Positions 18,997-27,593 of a stretch of DNA of 64,000 nucleotides are shown piece after piece (position 1 is the stretch's first letter; each line of letters opens with the position of its first letter). Source of the stretch: an uncultured Chloroflexia bacterium (GTDB taxonomy: Bacteria > Chloroflexota > Limnocylindria > Limnocylindrales > CSP1-4); assembly GCA_963748625.1 (NCBI GenBank), contig CAVVJT010000002.1, positions 128,001 through 192,000 on the forward strand, written 5' to 3'. Position numbers and translations under genes: made by a program. The notes below the pieces were generated by a model. The model was not told the DNA's origin and made no database searches. It worked only from the letters and a program-made list of their open reading frames with translations.

Positions 18997-19689
18997 TCAG
19001 TGTGCCCCGTGGCCTCCGGGGCCGGCCTCGATCGCCGGTGCCGCGTCGATGTCCGGATCCGCGTGGCCCCATCCGGCGATCGCCCGGCCCACGGCGGAGA
19101 TCGCCAGGAGGAGGCCCAGGATCAGCACCGGCAGCGTCGCCACCGGCTGCTCGCCCGTGGCGGGGTCGGCGGGCGGCAGCGCGATCAGCCCGATCGCCGT
19201 GATCAGCACGCCCAGCCCGAACTGGATGACGATGGAGACCGAGCGGCGGTGCTTCTCATACCAGCCGATCGCCGGGTCAGGGCCGTCGGTGGCGTGCCCG
19301 TCATCCTCCCAGATGCGGATGCCGTTGAGCACCGTCCCGATGCCGATGGTGAGCCCCACCAGCAGCATCGGCAGGTTGAGCGTGAGGCCCAGCGTGCCGT
19401 CCGCCGCGGAACCGCCGGTGACGAACGCCAGGGCGCACAACGCTATGGCGAGGAGCATCCCGCCCGCGTGCATCACCAGCAGCGTGCGTCCGTTCGGGCG
19501 CCACCGCAGGCGCCGCGGCAGCGCGCGGCGGTAGCCCGACCACGACCGGTACAGCCAGAACAGGTAGACCAGCACCAGCCCCAGCAGCAGGATCGGGATC
19601 AACAGCACCAGCTGGCCCCAGTCCGGCGTGATGAGGGGCGTGAGAAGCTCGATGAAGCTGTTGAAGAGCGAGGTCAGGGCGTCCATCAA
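18997..19689 (-). CDS. oxidase-operon membrane protein (possible subunit IV/CtaF-like)
   Basis: About 5 TM helices; last gene of the oxidase operon, abutting the previous stop. Confidence 0.75.
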   Translation of the reverse strand: MMDALTSLFNSFIELLTPLITPDWGQLVLLIPILLLGLVLVYLFWLYRSWSGYRRALPRRLRWRPNGRTLLVMHAGGMLLAIALCALAFVTGGSAADGTLGLTLNLPMLLVGLTIGIGTVLNGIRIWEDDGHATDGPDPAIGWYEKHRRSVSIVIQFGLGVLITAIGLIALPPADPATGEQPVATLPVLILGLLLAISAVGRAIAGWGHADPDIDAAPAIEAGPGGHGAH

Positions 19690-20261
19690 GCTGCCTTCTC
19701 GAAGTCCATGTCGTCGTTGTCCAGCATCCGGAAGACCGTCCAGCCGGCGAACAGCACGAGGCTGATCGGGATGCTGACCATGAAGACCACTAGGATGGCA
19801 TCGATCAGGCCCGGTCGGGGGGTGACGATGAGGCCCAGCGATCCGGACGGGTGGATCGTGCAGGCGAACACGTTGACGGCCGCAGCCTCAGCCACGATCG
19901 TGAGCGCCTGGCCCGGGTTCACCTGCCAGCCACCCAGCGTGTGGACCACGATGTCCTGGTTGTCCAGCACGAGGCGGTCCCCGGAAACGAGGCGCACTTC
20001 GGACGGCAGCGATGCCGGCCGACCCGCGGCGATGTCATCGGCTGTGCCGCGCGGGATCACGAGCGACACGTCCTTGGGCGGGGCGACCTGGTCCACGCCG
20101 AACGAGGTCCAGGCCACCACCGTCAGCAGGGTTCCCAGGGTGAACCCGAGGACAAGCGAGCCAGCGAGGATGCGCAGCGAGACACGCTCCGCGACGGTCC
20201 GCCGCCAGCCCGAGGGCTGGGCAGGCGTGGTCGCGGCGAGCGGCAGGCCGGCAGGTGTCAC
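19686..20261 (-). CDS. membrane-anchored cupredoxin-like protein
   Basis: TM, then NQDIVVHT...FACTIHPSG (His...Cys-x2-His), then TM. Confidence 0.75.
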   Translation of the reverse strand: MTPAGLPLAATTPAQPSGWRRTVAERVSLRILAGSLVLGFTLGTLLTVVAWTSFGVDQVAPPKDVSLVIPRGTADDIAAGRPASLPSEVRLVSGDRLVLDNQDIVVHTLGGWQVNPGQALTIVAEAAAVNVFACTIHPSGSLGLIVTPRPGLIDAILVVFMVSIPISLVLFAGWTVFRMLDNDDMDFEKAA

Positions 20262-20271
20262 GGGACGCGGA

Positions 20272-20886
20272 TCACAGGATGTAGAGCACCGGGAAGACGA
20301 TCACGAGCCACATGATGTCCACGAAGGTCCAGAACCGGACGACGCCGGTCGCGCCCCAGTGGTCACCCGGGCCGAAGTGGCCGCGAATGCCCAGCCAGAA
20401 CAGCAGGCCCATGGCCAGCAGGCCCTGGAGCAGGTGGAACACGTGGAGGCCGGTCATCGCGTAGAACGCGGTGCCGTACGGGGAGCTCATGGAGAACTCG
20501 GCGGTGGTCCACTCGACGACCACGCCGCCGATGAAGATGACGCCCAGGACGAAGGCCGCCGCGATCGAGAGCACGAACTGCGTCCGGTTGCCCTTGGAGA
20601 TGCCCTTCACGCCGCGGTAGCCGAACCACGACGACAGGAGGAGGATCCCGGTCATCGCGATACCGAGGGGCATGTTGACATGCTCCTTCTCGGTGCCCGC
20701 GAGGTAGAACCGGGCCGCCGCCATGGCCAGGAAGAGCATCGTCTCCGAGGCCATGAAGAACAGCAGACCGAGCCGGTTCATGCCCGGCACATCGTGCTCG
20801 TGCTCGTGCTCGTCGCCGTGCGCCACGGCGTGGGTGTCGTGGTGGAGGGCGGACTCGGCCGCCGGCTCCAGCGTCAGCGCGGTCAT
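20272..20886 (-). CDS. ctaE: cytochrome c oxidase subunit III
   Basis: LFFMASETMLF, FYAMTGLHVFH and FWTFVDIMW. Confidence 0.93.
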   Translation of the reverse strand: MTALTLEPAAESALHHDTHAVAHGDEHEHEHDVPGMNRLGLLFFMASETMLFLAMAAARFYLAGTEKEHVNMPLGIAMTGILLLSSWFGYRGVKGISKGNRTQFVLSIAAAFVLGVIFIGGVVVEWTTAEFSMSSPYGTAFYAMTGLHVFHLLQGLLAMGLLFWLGIRGHFGPGDHWGATGVVRFWTFVDIMWLVIVFPVLYIL

Positions 20887-22784
20887 GCCTTCACCTCCTC
20901 GTCAGCAGCGCCGGCGACGCCCATGATGGCGTGGGGCCGGGCACCGGGGATGCCGTAGCCGTAGGGGGACCCGACCACGATGGGCGTGGACGGGAAGTTC
21001 TCCACCGGCGGCGGCGAGGGGATGAGCCACTCGAGGGTGCGGGCGCGCCACGGGTTGGCCGTCGCACGCTCCGTCTTCTTGGAGAGCAGCGAGCGCAGGA
21101 CGTTGAACGTGAACACGAGGAACGACGCGCCCAGGGCGAACGCCATCAGCGAGATGAAGACGTTGTACGGCACCAGGTCCGCCGGGTAGACGTAGATGCG
21201 GCGGTTCATGCCGTTCAGGCCCACCCAGAACATCGGCAGGAATGTCAGGTTGAAGAAGATCATCGCCATCCAGAAGTGGACCTTGCCCAGCTTCTCGCTG
21301 AGCATGCGTCCGGTCATCTTCGGCCACCAGAAGTAGAAGGCCGCGAAGAGCGCGAAGATCTCACCGCCGATGATCGTGTAGTGGAAGTGCGCCACGACGA
21401 AGTAGGTGTCGTGGAGGGAGATGTCGGTTGGCACGTCGGCGAGGAAGATGCCGGTGATGCCGCCGATCACGAAGTTGAACACGAAGCCCAGCGCGAACAG
21501 CATCGGCGTGCGCAGCCACAGCTTCCCGCCCCAGATCGTGCCCAAGGCGGACAGGAAGATGATGCCCGTGGGGATCGAGATGAGCTCGGTGGTCACCAGG
21601 AACGGGCCCAGCAGAGCGTTGGGCATGCCCGACACGAACATGTGGTGTGCCCACACGATGCCCGACATGCCCACGATGCCGATGAACGCGGCCACCACCC
21701 AGCGGTAGGCATACAGCGGCTTGCGGCTGAAGTGCGCGAGCACCTCGAGCGCCATGCCGAAGCCCGGCAGCACGAAGATGTAGACGGCCGGGTGGCTGTA
21801 GAACCAGAACATGTGCTGGTAGAGGACCGGGGCGCCGCCGCTGCCCTGGAAGAACGAGGTCCCGAACAGCCGGTCCAGCAGGACCATCACCAGGCTCGCG
21901 GCGAAGAACTGGGTGAAGAACAGGGCGAGCCAGCTGGCTGCGAACACCGACCACACGAAGATCGGCAGGCGGCCCCAGGTCATGCCCGGCGCGCGCATCT
22001 TGATGATCGTGACGAGGAAGTTGAGGCCGCCCGCGATCGAGGTCAGGCCGAACACGATGATCGCGAGGTTGAAGATGACCTGGCCGGACGCGTTGATGAC
22101 CGACAGTGGCGCGTAGGCCGTCCAGCCGGAGTCCCAGCCGCCCAGGAGCTGGGTGGCGAGGAGGCTGACGATGACCACCGGGATCAGCCAGAACGTGAAC
22201 GCGTTCAGGCGCGGGAACGCCATGTCCTTGGCGCCGATCATGATCGGCACGAAGTAGTTGCCGAAGGAGCCCATGACCGAGGCCACCGCGACCGCGACCA
22301 TCGCGATGCCGTGGAAGCTCATGGTCCGGTTGTACGTGTCGGCGTCCATGAGCGGGTTGGCGGGATCCATCAGCTGGAGGCGCATGAGCATCGCGCCGGC
22401 GCCTGCGACGAGCAGCAGGACGATGAAGGCGGCGAGGTACTGCAGGCCGATGACCTTGTGGTCCACGCAGAAGGTGAGGTACCGGCGCCAGTCGGTGGGG
22501 ACCTCCTTGACGGGCAGGCCCACCCACTCGCGGCCCCAGGTCTTCCACATGCCCACGCCGAACAGCCAGCCGGGGACGGCGAGGATGTAGCCGGCGGTGA
22601 CGCAGTGGTCGGTGGACCAGGGCTCCACGCCCATCGAGGCGCGGAGGGCCATCACCAGCCCGGCGCCGATCACGAAGCCGATCGTGGCCATGAGGATGCC
22701 CTTGAGGATCGGCACGAAGGCCGAGATCACCGAGGGCTTCTTGGAGGCCGCGGAGACGTTGGCCGCGGCGACGGATGCGGTCAT
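20883..22784 (-). CDS. ctaD: heme-copper oxidase subunit I (A2-type, atypical K-channel)
   Basis: FHG, DMAFPRLN, FWFYSHPAVY, WAHHMF and HDTYFVVAHFHY. Confidence 0.96.
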   Translation of the reverse strand: MTASVAAANVSAASKKPSVISAFVPILKGILMATIGFVIGAGLVMALRASMGVEPWSTDHCVTAGYILAVPGWLFGVGMWKTWGREWVGLPVKEVPTDWRRYLTFCVDHKVIGLQYLAAFIVLLLVAGAGAMLMRLQLMDPANPLMDADTYNRTMSFHGIAMVAVAVASVMGSFGNYFVPIMIGAKDMAFPRLNAFTFWLIPVVIVSLLATQLLGGWDSGWTAYAPLSVINASGQVIFNLAIIVFGLTSIAGGLNFLVTIIKMRAPGMTWGRLPIFVWSVFAASWLALFFTQFFAASLVMVLLDRLFGTSFFQGSGGAPVLYQHMFWFYSHPAVYIFVLPGFGMALEVLAHFSRKPLYAYRWVVAAFIGIVGMSGIVWAHHMFVSGMPNALLGPFLVTTELISIPTGIIFLSALGTIWGGKLWLRTPMLFALGFVFNFVIGGITGIFLADVPTDISLHDTYFVVAHFHYTIIGGEIFALFAAFYFWWPKMTGRMLSEKLGKVHFWMAMIFFNLTFLPMFWVGLNGMNRRIYVYPADLVPYNVFISLMAFALGASFLVFTFNVLRSLLSKKTERATANPWRARTLEWLIPSPPPVENFPSTPIVVGSPYGYGIPGARPHAIMGVAGAADEEVKA

Positions 22785-22786
22785 CG

Positions 22787-23839
22787 TCACTTCACCTCGA
22801 GGGTGCCGGTCATGGTGGTCGGGTGCGCCTGGCACAGGAAGTTGTAGGTGCCGGCGGGCAGTGGATCGATGTTGAGGACCTGCTCGATGGCGCCTGGCTG
22901 GAAGTCGGTGGCGCCCAGCGGCTTGCCGTCGGCGCCGAGGACCGCGATGTTGTGGATCACGCCCTCGTCGTTGTTGCTGAACGTGATCGAGATGGGCTGG
23001 GCGGGCACGGCGCTCAGGGTGTTCGGATTGAACTTGAAGTCCACGGTGCCGGCCGGGTTGTTCGCCTCGATCGCGAGCAGCTGGGCACCCTCGACGGGCC
23101 CGCCACCGCCGCCGCCGGTCTTGTTCTCCTCGACCCAGGCGGTGAACTCAGCCTCCTCCACGACGCGCACCGGGACCATCATCCGCGCGTGCTCGCCGCC
23201 GCACAGCTGCGAGCACTGCAGGCGGAAGTTCGCGTCGCCCTCGTAGGAGCCCGTCTCGGTGGGCGTCATCGACATGTAGGTGGTGAGGCCGGGGACGGCG
23301 TCCCAGCGCATGCGGAAGGCGGGGACCCACACGGAGTGGACCACGTCCGACGAGGTGATCTCGAAGCCCACGGACTTGCCCACCGGCAGCACGAGCTCGG
23401 TGCTGCTCTTGGCGCTCTGGCCGGGATAGGTGATGGTCCAGCCCCAGCGGAACCCGTTGACCTGCACGACGACGTCGGGCTGTTCCACGAGGGCCACGAC
23501 CTTCGGCAGCTCCGTGAGGCCGGGGTAGACCATGACGCCCACGGCCATCAGCGAGGTCACGATGAACCAGGCGAGCGGGATCGGGCCGCGACCGGTGATC
23601 GGCGCACCATCCTCGGCCGGCTGGCCCCGGTGGCGGAAGGCGAAGACGGAGTACCCCAGGCCTGCGATCACGAACGTGAACACGGGCACCGACATGATCA
23701 GGAGGATCTTGAACGTCTCATCGATCATCTCGCCCTTGTCGGTCGCGACGACGGGCTGGAACGGGACGTTGGCCAGGACCAGGCCGATGGCGGTGAGGAC
23801 CAGCCAAAGCAGGCCCACGATCAAGATGTGGCGCCTCAC
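22787..23839 (-). CDS. ctaC: cytochrome c oxidase subunit II with fused C-terminal plastocyanin-like domain
   Basis: DVVHS...CSQLCGGEHARM CuA motif; second domain HN...CQAHPTTM; GTG start after AGGAGGAGG. Confidence 0.94.
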   Translation of the reverse strand: MRRHILIVGLLWLVLTAIGLVLANVPFQPVVATDKGEMIDETFKILLIMSVPVFTFVIAGLGYSVFAFRHRGQPAEDGAPITGRGPIPLAWFIVTSLMAVGVMVYPGLTELPKVVALVEQPDVVVQVNGFRWGWTITYPGQSAKSSTELVLPVGKSVGFEITSSDVVHSVWVPAFRMRWDAVPGLTTYMSMTPTETGSYEGDANFRLQCSQLCGGEHARMMVPVRVVEEAEFTAWVEENKTGGGGGGPVEGAQLLAIEANNPAGTVDFKFNPNTLSAVPAQPISITFSNNDEGVIHNIAVLGADGKPLGATDFQPGAIEQVLNIDPLPAGTYNFLCQAHPTTMTGTLEVK

Positions 23840-23931
23840 GGACGCGCGACCTCCTCCTGGATGCGTGGGTGAGTGGGGGACAGGGACGCGACGGGCGGCG
23901 CCAGCAGGCTGCGACACCGCACAGGGAGGGG

Positions 23932-23996
23932 AGTATGGGAACGGATGTGCCTTTCGGCACGTCCAGTTGGCCTAGCCATTCTGGGACCTTTGGCCC
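23932..23996 (-). promoter_or_regulatory. oxidase promoter with two DosR/NarL-like palindromes
   Basis: GTGCCTTTCGGCAC (23947-23960) and GGGACCTTTGGCCC (23983-23996); minus-strand CATACT -10 at 23932-23937. Confidence 0.45.
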
Positions 23997-24153
23997 CCAA
24001 GTGCGAGCACTAATGTAGCAGGAGGCCGATTTGCAACCCGGCCGCACCCTTCTGGCGCGCCCGACGCAACACATGGGGCAGTCCGAATCGCCTGCAACGC
24101 TTGCGCGCCGGACCGCCCAGCGCCGGACGCCTGGGCCGTGGAATGATCCAGCC

Positions 24154-25014
24154 ATGCCCGACATGACCGCGCAGACCAACACGCTGATCGCCTGGTTCCA
24201 GGCGAACGCGCTGGGACTCCTGCTCATCGGGGTGCTGGCGCTGGTCGCCTTCCGCGGTCTCCGGCCGTGGCTCCACCGCCTTCTCGTGCGGGTCATGCAC
24301 GCCCAGGCGCGGTCGCTTGACGGCGAGGCGGCCTCGAAGGTCGAGGTGGACCGCCGGGTGACCACGATCGAGGACCTGCTGCTCAAGGTGTTCAGGACCC
24401 TCGTGGTCATCGGGATCGTGGCCGTGCTCCTCGGCATCTTCGACCTGTGGTCCGCGCTCACGGGCCTGGGCCTCGTCCTGGCGGCCCTCACGCTGGCCGG
24501 GCAGAGCATCATCCTCGACTACCTGATGGGCATCCTGATCCTGGTGGAGGGCCAGTACTTCAACGGCGACGTGGTCCAGATCGGGACGGTCGAGGGGACC
24601 GTCGAGGAGGTCGGGCTGCGCCGGACGGTGGTGCGTGACGTGCGCGGCACGCTGCACTCGATCTCCAACGGGACGATCCGCCAGTCCGCCAACCTCACCC
24701 GCACGTTCGCGCTGGTCGTGGTGGAGATCGACGGGGTGGCGGACCGGGACGTGGAGACCGTGATCGACGTGCTCAACGAGGTCGGCGCCGACATCGCCGC
24801 GGATCCCGAGTTCACGGACCGGTTCCTCGACACGCCGGCGTACGCCGGGACCACACGCCTCTCCTCGGCCGGGGCCACGCTGCGCCTGTCCGGGCGGGTC
24901 CGGCCTGAGGGTCGTGCCCACATCGAGCAGGAGATCAGGCGCCGGGTGGCGGCTGCGCTTGCGGCGCGCGGCGTGGAGCTGATCCGGCCGGGCGCCCAGT
25001 ACCCGCGGGCCTGA
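24154..25014 (+). CDS. mscS: small-conductance mechanosensitive channel family protein
   Basis: TM helices; GDVVQIGTVEGTVEEVGLRRTVVRD and ISNG. Confidence 0.9.
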   Translation: MPDMTAQTNTLIAWFQANALGLLLIGVLALVAFRGLRPWLHRLLVRVMHAQARSLDGEAASKVEVDRRVTTIEDLLLKVFRTLVVIGIVAVLLGIFDLWSALTGLGLVLAALTLAGQSIILDYLMGILILVEGQYFNGDVVQIGTVEGTVEEVGLRRTVVRDVRGTLHSISNGTIRQSANLTRTFALVVVEIDGVADRDVETVIDVLNEVGADIAADPEFTDRFLDTPAYAGTTRLSSAGATLRLSGRVRPEGRAHIEQEIRRRVAAALAARGVELIRPGAQYPRA

Positions 25015-25070
25015 CCGGCGCCCGAGGTTCCCTGGGCCCACCTCCGCTCCCGAGCCTGGCTTCCCGCTGA

Positions 25071-25200
25071 GCGGGCCCTGCGTGCAGGATTCCGCACGCT
25101 CTGACCGCCCAACGGGACGAAGTGGCCTCCGGGATGCAGGATCGACGGGATCCTGCCGCTGAGCGCGAGGTCCGTGCAGAACTCTACGCAGAGCGCCCGC
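25071..25200. repeat. 130-bp imperfect palindromic element (REPIN-like, subfamily A)
   Basis: 28-bp inverted arms; left arm is 23/28 identical to 58381-58408. Confidence 0.65.
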
Positions 25201-25254
25201 GGGGCGGGATGTTCGGTCTCGGCCTTGGCCGCGGCCCCGCCGGCCCGCCCACGG

Positions 25255-27072
25255 TCAGTGGCGGGAGGTCGACCAGAGCTCGCGCACGTTGTCACGCAGG
25301 ATCAGGATGCCCACGATCAGCAGCACCAGCGCGATCGACCAGGACACGTAGTCCTTGATCACGATCACCGCGCCCACGATGGCCAGCACGATCGTCACCT
25401 GCAGCAGCAGCTGGAGGAACCGGCGCCGGACGACGGCCTCGATGACCGAGTAGGCGACGATCACGACCAGGAGGCCGATCCACCAGTGGCCGACGTCGGT
25501 GATGAGCAGCCCGCCCATGATGGCCAGGGCCAGGGCGACGCTGACGGCAGACCAGATGTCGAGCACGCGGCTGCGCCGGATCGTCGCCGGATCCTGCGGG
25601 TGGACGACGTGGCGGAGATGGGCCTCCGGGTCACCCTGCTCTCCGGCCGCGAGCGATGTCAGCTGCGCCTCGCAGTCAGCGATGGCCGCGCGGATCCCGT
25701 CGATGCCCATGCGCGTCGTGCGCAGCTCGGCGATGGCGGCCTCGCGCTGGGTCACAAGCGCCGCAACGTAGGCTGGGGAGCGGCCTGCACGCTCGGCGGC
25801 GGTCACACGGACGCCGAGGCGCTGCGCGTCGATGGCCTGCCGCTCGAGGCCGCCCTCGATCTCCGCCAGGCCGAGCCGCAGGTCGGCCAGCTCTGCCTCG
25901 ATCGTCTCCACGGCTCTACCCGGCGGCGGCGTCGTGTCGAGGCCCGCGAAGGCGATCGGGTCGATCCAGGACTGGCGCGGCCTGCCGTCGCGCGCGAACT
26001 TCGGTCCTGCCGGCGCCCGCTCACCCGCCATCCGGTCGTTCGTGTCGAGCCCGAACAGGCCGTCGTACGCGGCCACCCACGGCGTGTCGTCGTCGATCAG
26101 CACCGGGGTCCACGGCTGAGGCTGCGCGGGCCCCACAGTCACGCCGTCGCCTCGGGCGTAATCCACGAACGGGATCGCGGCGAACTGGCCGCCCGACCCG
26201 CCGCTGCCCTGGCCGAGCGTCTCGGTCCAGAACCCGTTGACGGCCTTGCCGAAGGCGCGCACGCGCTTGGGCAGCGAGAGCGGGACCGGGAGCAGGTACT
26301 CGCCTGGCTCGATGTACGCCGCGTGCGAGCCGGCCCCGGCAAAGATCACCGGGTGGGTCCCGTCCACGAGATGCACCACCGGATCGTCCCAGCGGCGGCG
26401 CAGGTCCGCCCCCACCTCGTCGTGGGCGGCCCGTGCGAACCAGACCGGGGTTGTCGTCCCGTCCTCGTCCTCCTCGAGGAACACGAAGCACTGCTCCCAG
26501 TCTGCCTCGTGGTCGTTGGCGCCCGCGAACGACGAGCGCCAGTCGTTCATCGCGTAGAAGAACAGGTAGTGGCAGATCGTCCAGCCGGCGTTGCGGACGA
26601 CGCGGCCGTGGTAGACGAAGTGCGGATCCCGCGCGCGGGCCGCGTGGTACTTGATGTCGGCTGCCGCGACGGTGCCGCCCGGGACGGTACCGCGCACCAG
26701 GAGGGAGAGGTCGAAGCCGGCGTCGATCAGCCGGGCGGCGATGCCCACCCGTGACAGGCGGCTCGGAGCGCTGAACCGTGTCCGGGTCGGGCGGTCCTTG
26801 CGCTGGGCCAGCGCGACGCCGGACAGGGGCTGCTGCACGTACCGCAGGAAGAGGGCACGGTCCGGGTAGCGGCGCCGCCAGCCGGGCAGGTCCTGGAGGG
26901 CGAGGTTGCCTTGCGGAACCACCAGGGTCCGCCGGCCGCCGGAATCAACCGCCCAGAGGTCGCAGTCGGCAACGTAGGCCGCGGCATCCATGGGGAAGAA
27001 GAACTCGCCCTTGGTGAACTTGATCACAGGCTCGAAGCGACGCAGGAGCTCGAGGTCGCCGTCGGCCGTCAT
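25255..27072 (-). CDS. hypothetical protein, Vps62/NPP1-like domain plus coiled-coil and C-terminal TMs
   Basis: FEPVIKFTKGEFFFP, YLFFYAMNDW, NDHEADWE and GSHAAY. Confidence 0.8.
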   Translation of the reverse strand: MTADGDLELLRRFEPVIKFTKGEFFFPMDAAAYVADCDLWAVDSGGRRTLVVPQGNLALQDLPGWRRRYPDRALFLRYVQQPLSGVALAQRKDRPTRTRFSAPSRLSRVGIAARLIDAGFDLSLLVRGTVPGGTVAAADIKYHAARARDPHFVYHGRVVRNAGWTICHYLFFYAMNDWRSSFAGANDHEADWEQCFVFLEEDEDGTTTPVWFARAAHDEVGADLRRRWDDPVVHLVDGTHPVIFAGAGSHAAYIEPGEYLLPVPLSLPKRVRAFGKAVNGFWTETLGQGSGGSGGQFAAIPFVDYARGDGVTVGPAQPQPWTPVLIDDDTPWVAAYDGLFGLDTNDRMAGERAPAGPKFARDGRPRQSWIDPIAFAGLDTTPPPGRAVETIEAELADLRLGLAEIEGGLERQAIDAQRLGVRVTAAERAGRSPAYVAALVTQREAAIAELRTTRMGIDGIRAAIADCEAQLTSLAAGEQGDPEAHLRHVVHPQDPATIRRSRVLDIWSAVSVALALAIMGGLLITDVGHWWIGLLVVIVAYSVIEAVVRRRFLQLLLQVTIVLAIVGAVIVIKDYVSWSIALVLLIVGILILRDNVRELWSTSRH

Positions 27073-27581
27073 GCCCGCTCCTCCAGCTCGGCGGCCACGT
27101 CGTCGGCCGGGTGCCCGATCCCGAACGCGGTGCGGACCTGGCGCTGGTTGAGATAGAGGACGGTGATCACGCTGGTGAGCATCAACACGGGCACCAGGTC
27201 GCCCTGGGTCACGTACAGGAAGATCTGGGAGGACAGGGACAGCCCGGTGACGAGCATGGTCATCGTCCAGCCCAACTGCTTCATCCGCAGCAGGAGGATC
27301 GCCGCGGCGAAGGCGACCACCGTGAGCACGGCGAGCATCGCGATGACGGTGGCCGTGATGACCATGTCGCCCTGGATGGCCTGGATGCTGTCGAGCTGCA
27401 TCGACTCGATGACCGCGCCGGAGATCCCGAGCAGGAACAGCAGGGTCGCGAGATAGCCGATCCCGCTGAGGATCTCGATCGCGGCGAGGATCGTCACGGG
27501 CGCTGGGCGGCGGCGTCTCGCGGGCCGGCCGGCGGCCGTCATGGCCGCCGCGGGGCGGCTCGGATCGTCAGGGAGCTGCAT
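27069..27581 (-). CDS. small 4-TM membrane protein (DUF2127/DUF7144-like)
   Basis: RPAPVTILA start and LYLNQRQVRTAF end; similar in pattern to 37693-38121. Confidence 0.75.
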   Translation of the reverse strand: MQLPDDPSRPAAAMTAAGRPARRRRPAPVTILAAIEILSGIGYLATLLFLLGISGAVIESMQLDSIQAIQGDMVITATVIAMLAVLTVVAFAAAILLLRMKQLGWTMTMLVTGLSLSSQIFLYVTQGDLVPVLMLTSVITVLYLNQRQVRTAFGIGHPADDVAAELEERA

Positions 27582-27593
27582 GGACGGTGGTGG

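Noticed and set aside
20883-22784. Canonical nitric oxide reductase (cNOR/qNOR)
   Set aside because: The helix VI cross-link Tyr, D-channel residues, CuA subunit II and subunit III are all of A-family oxidase type
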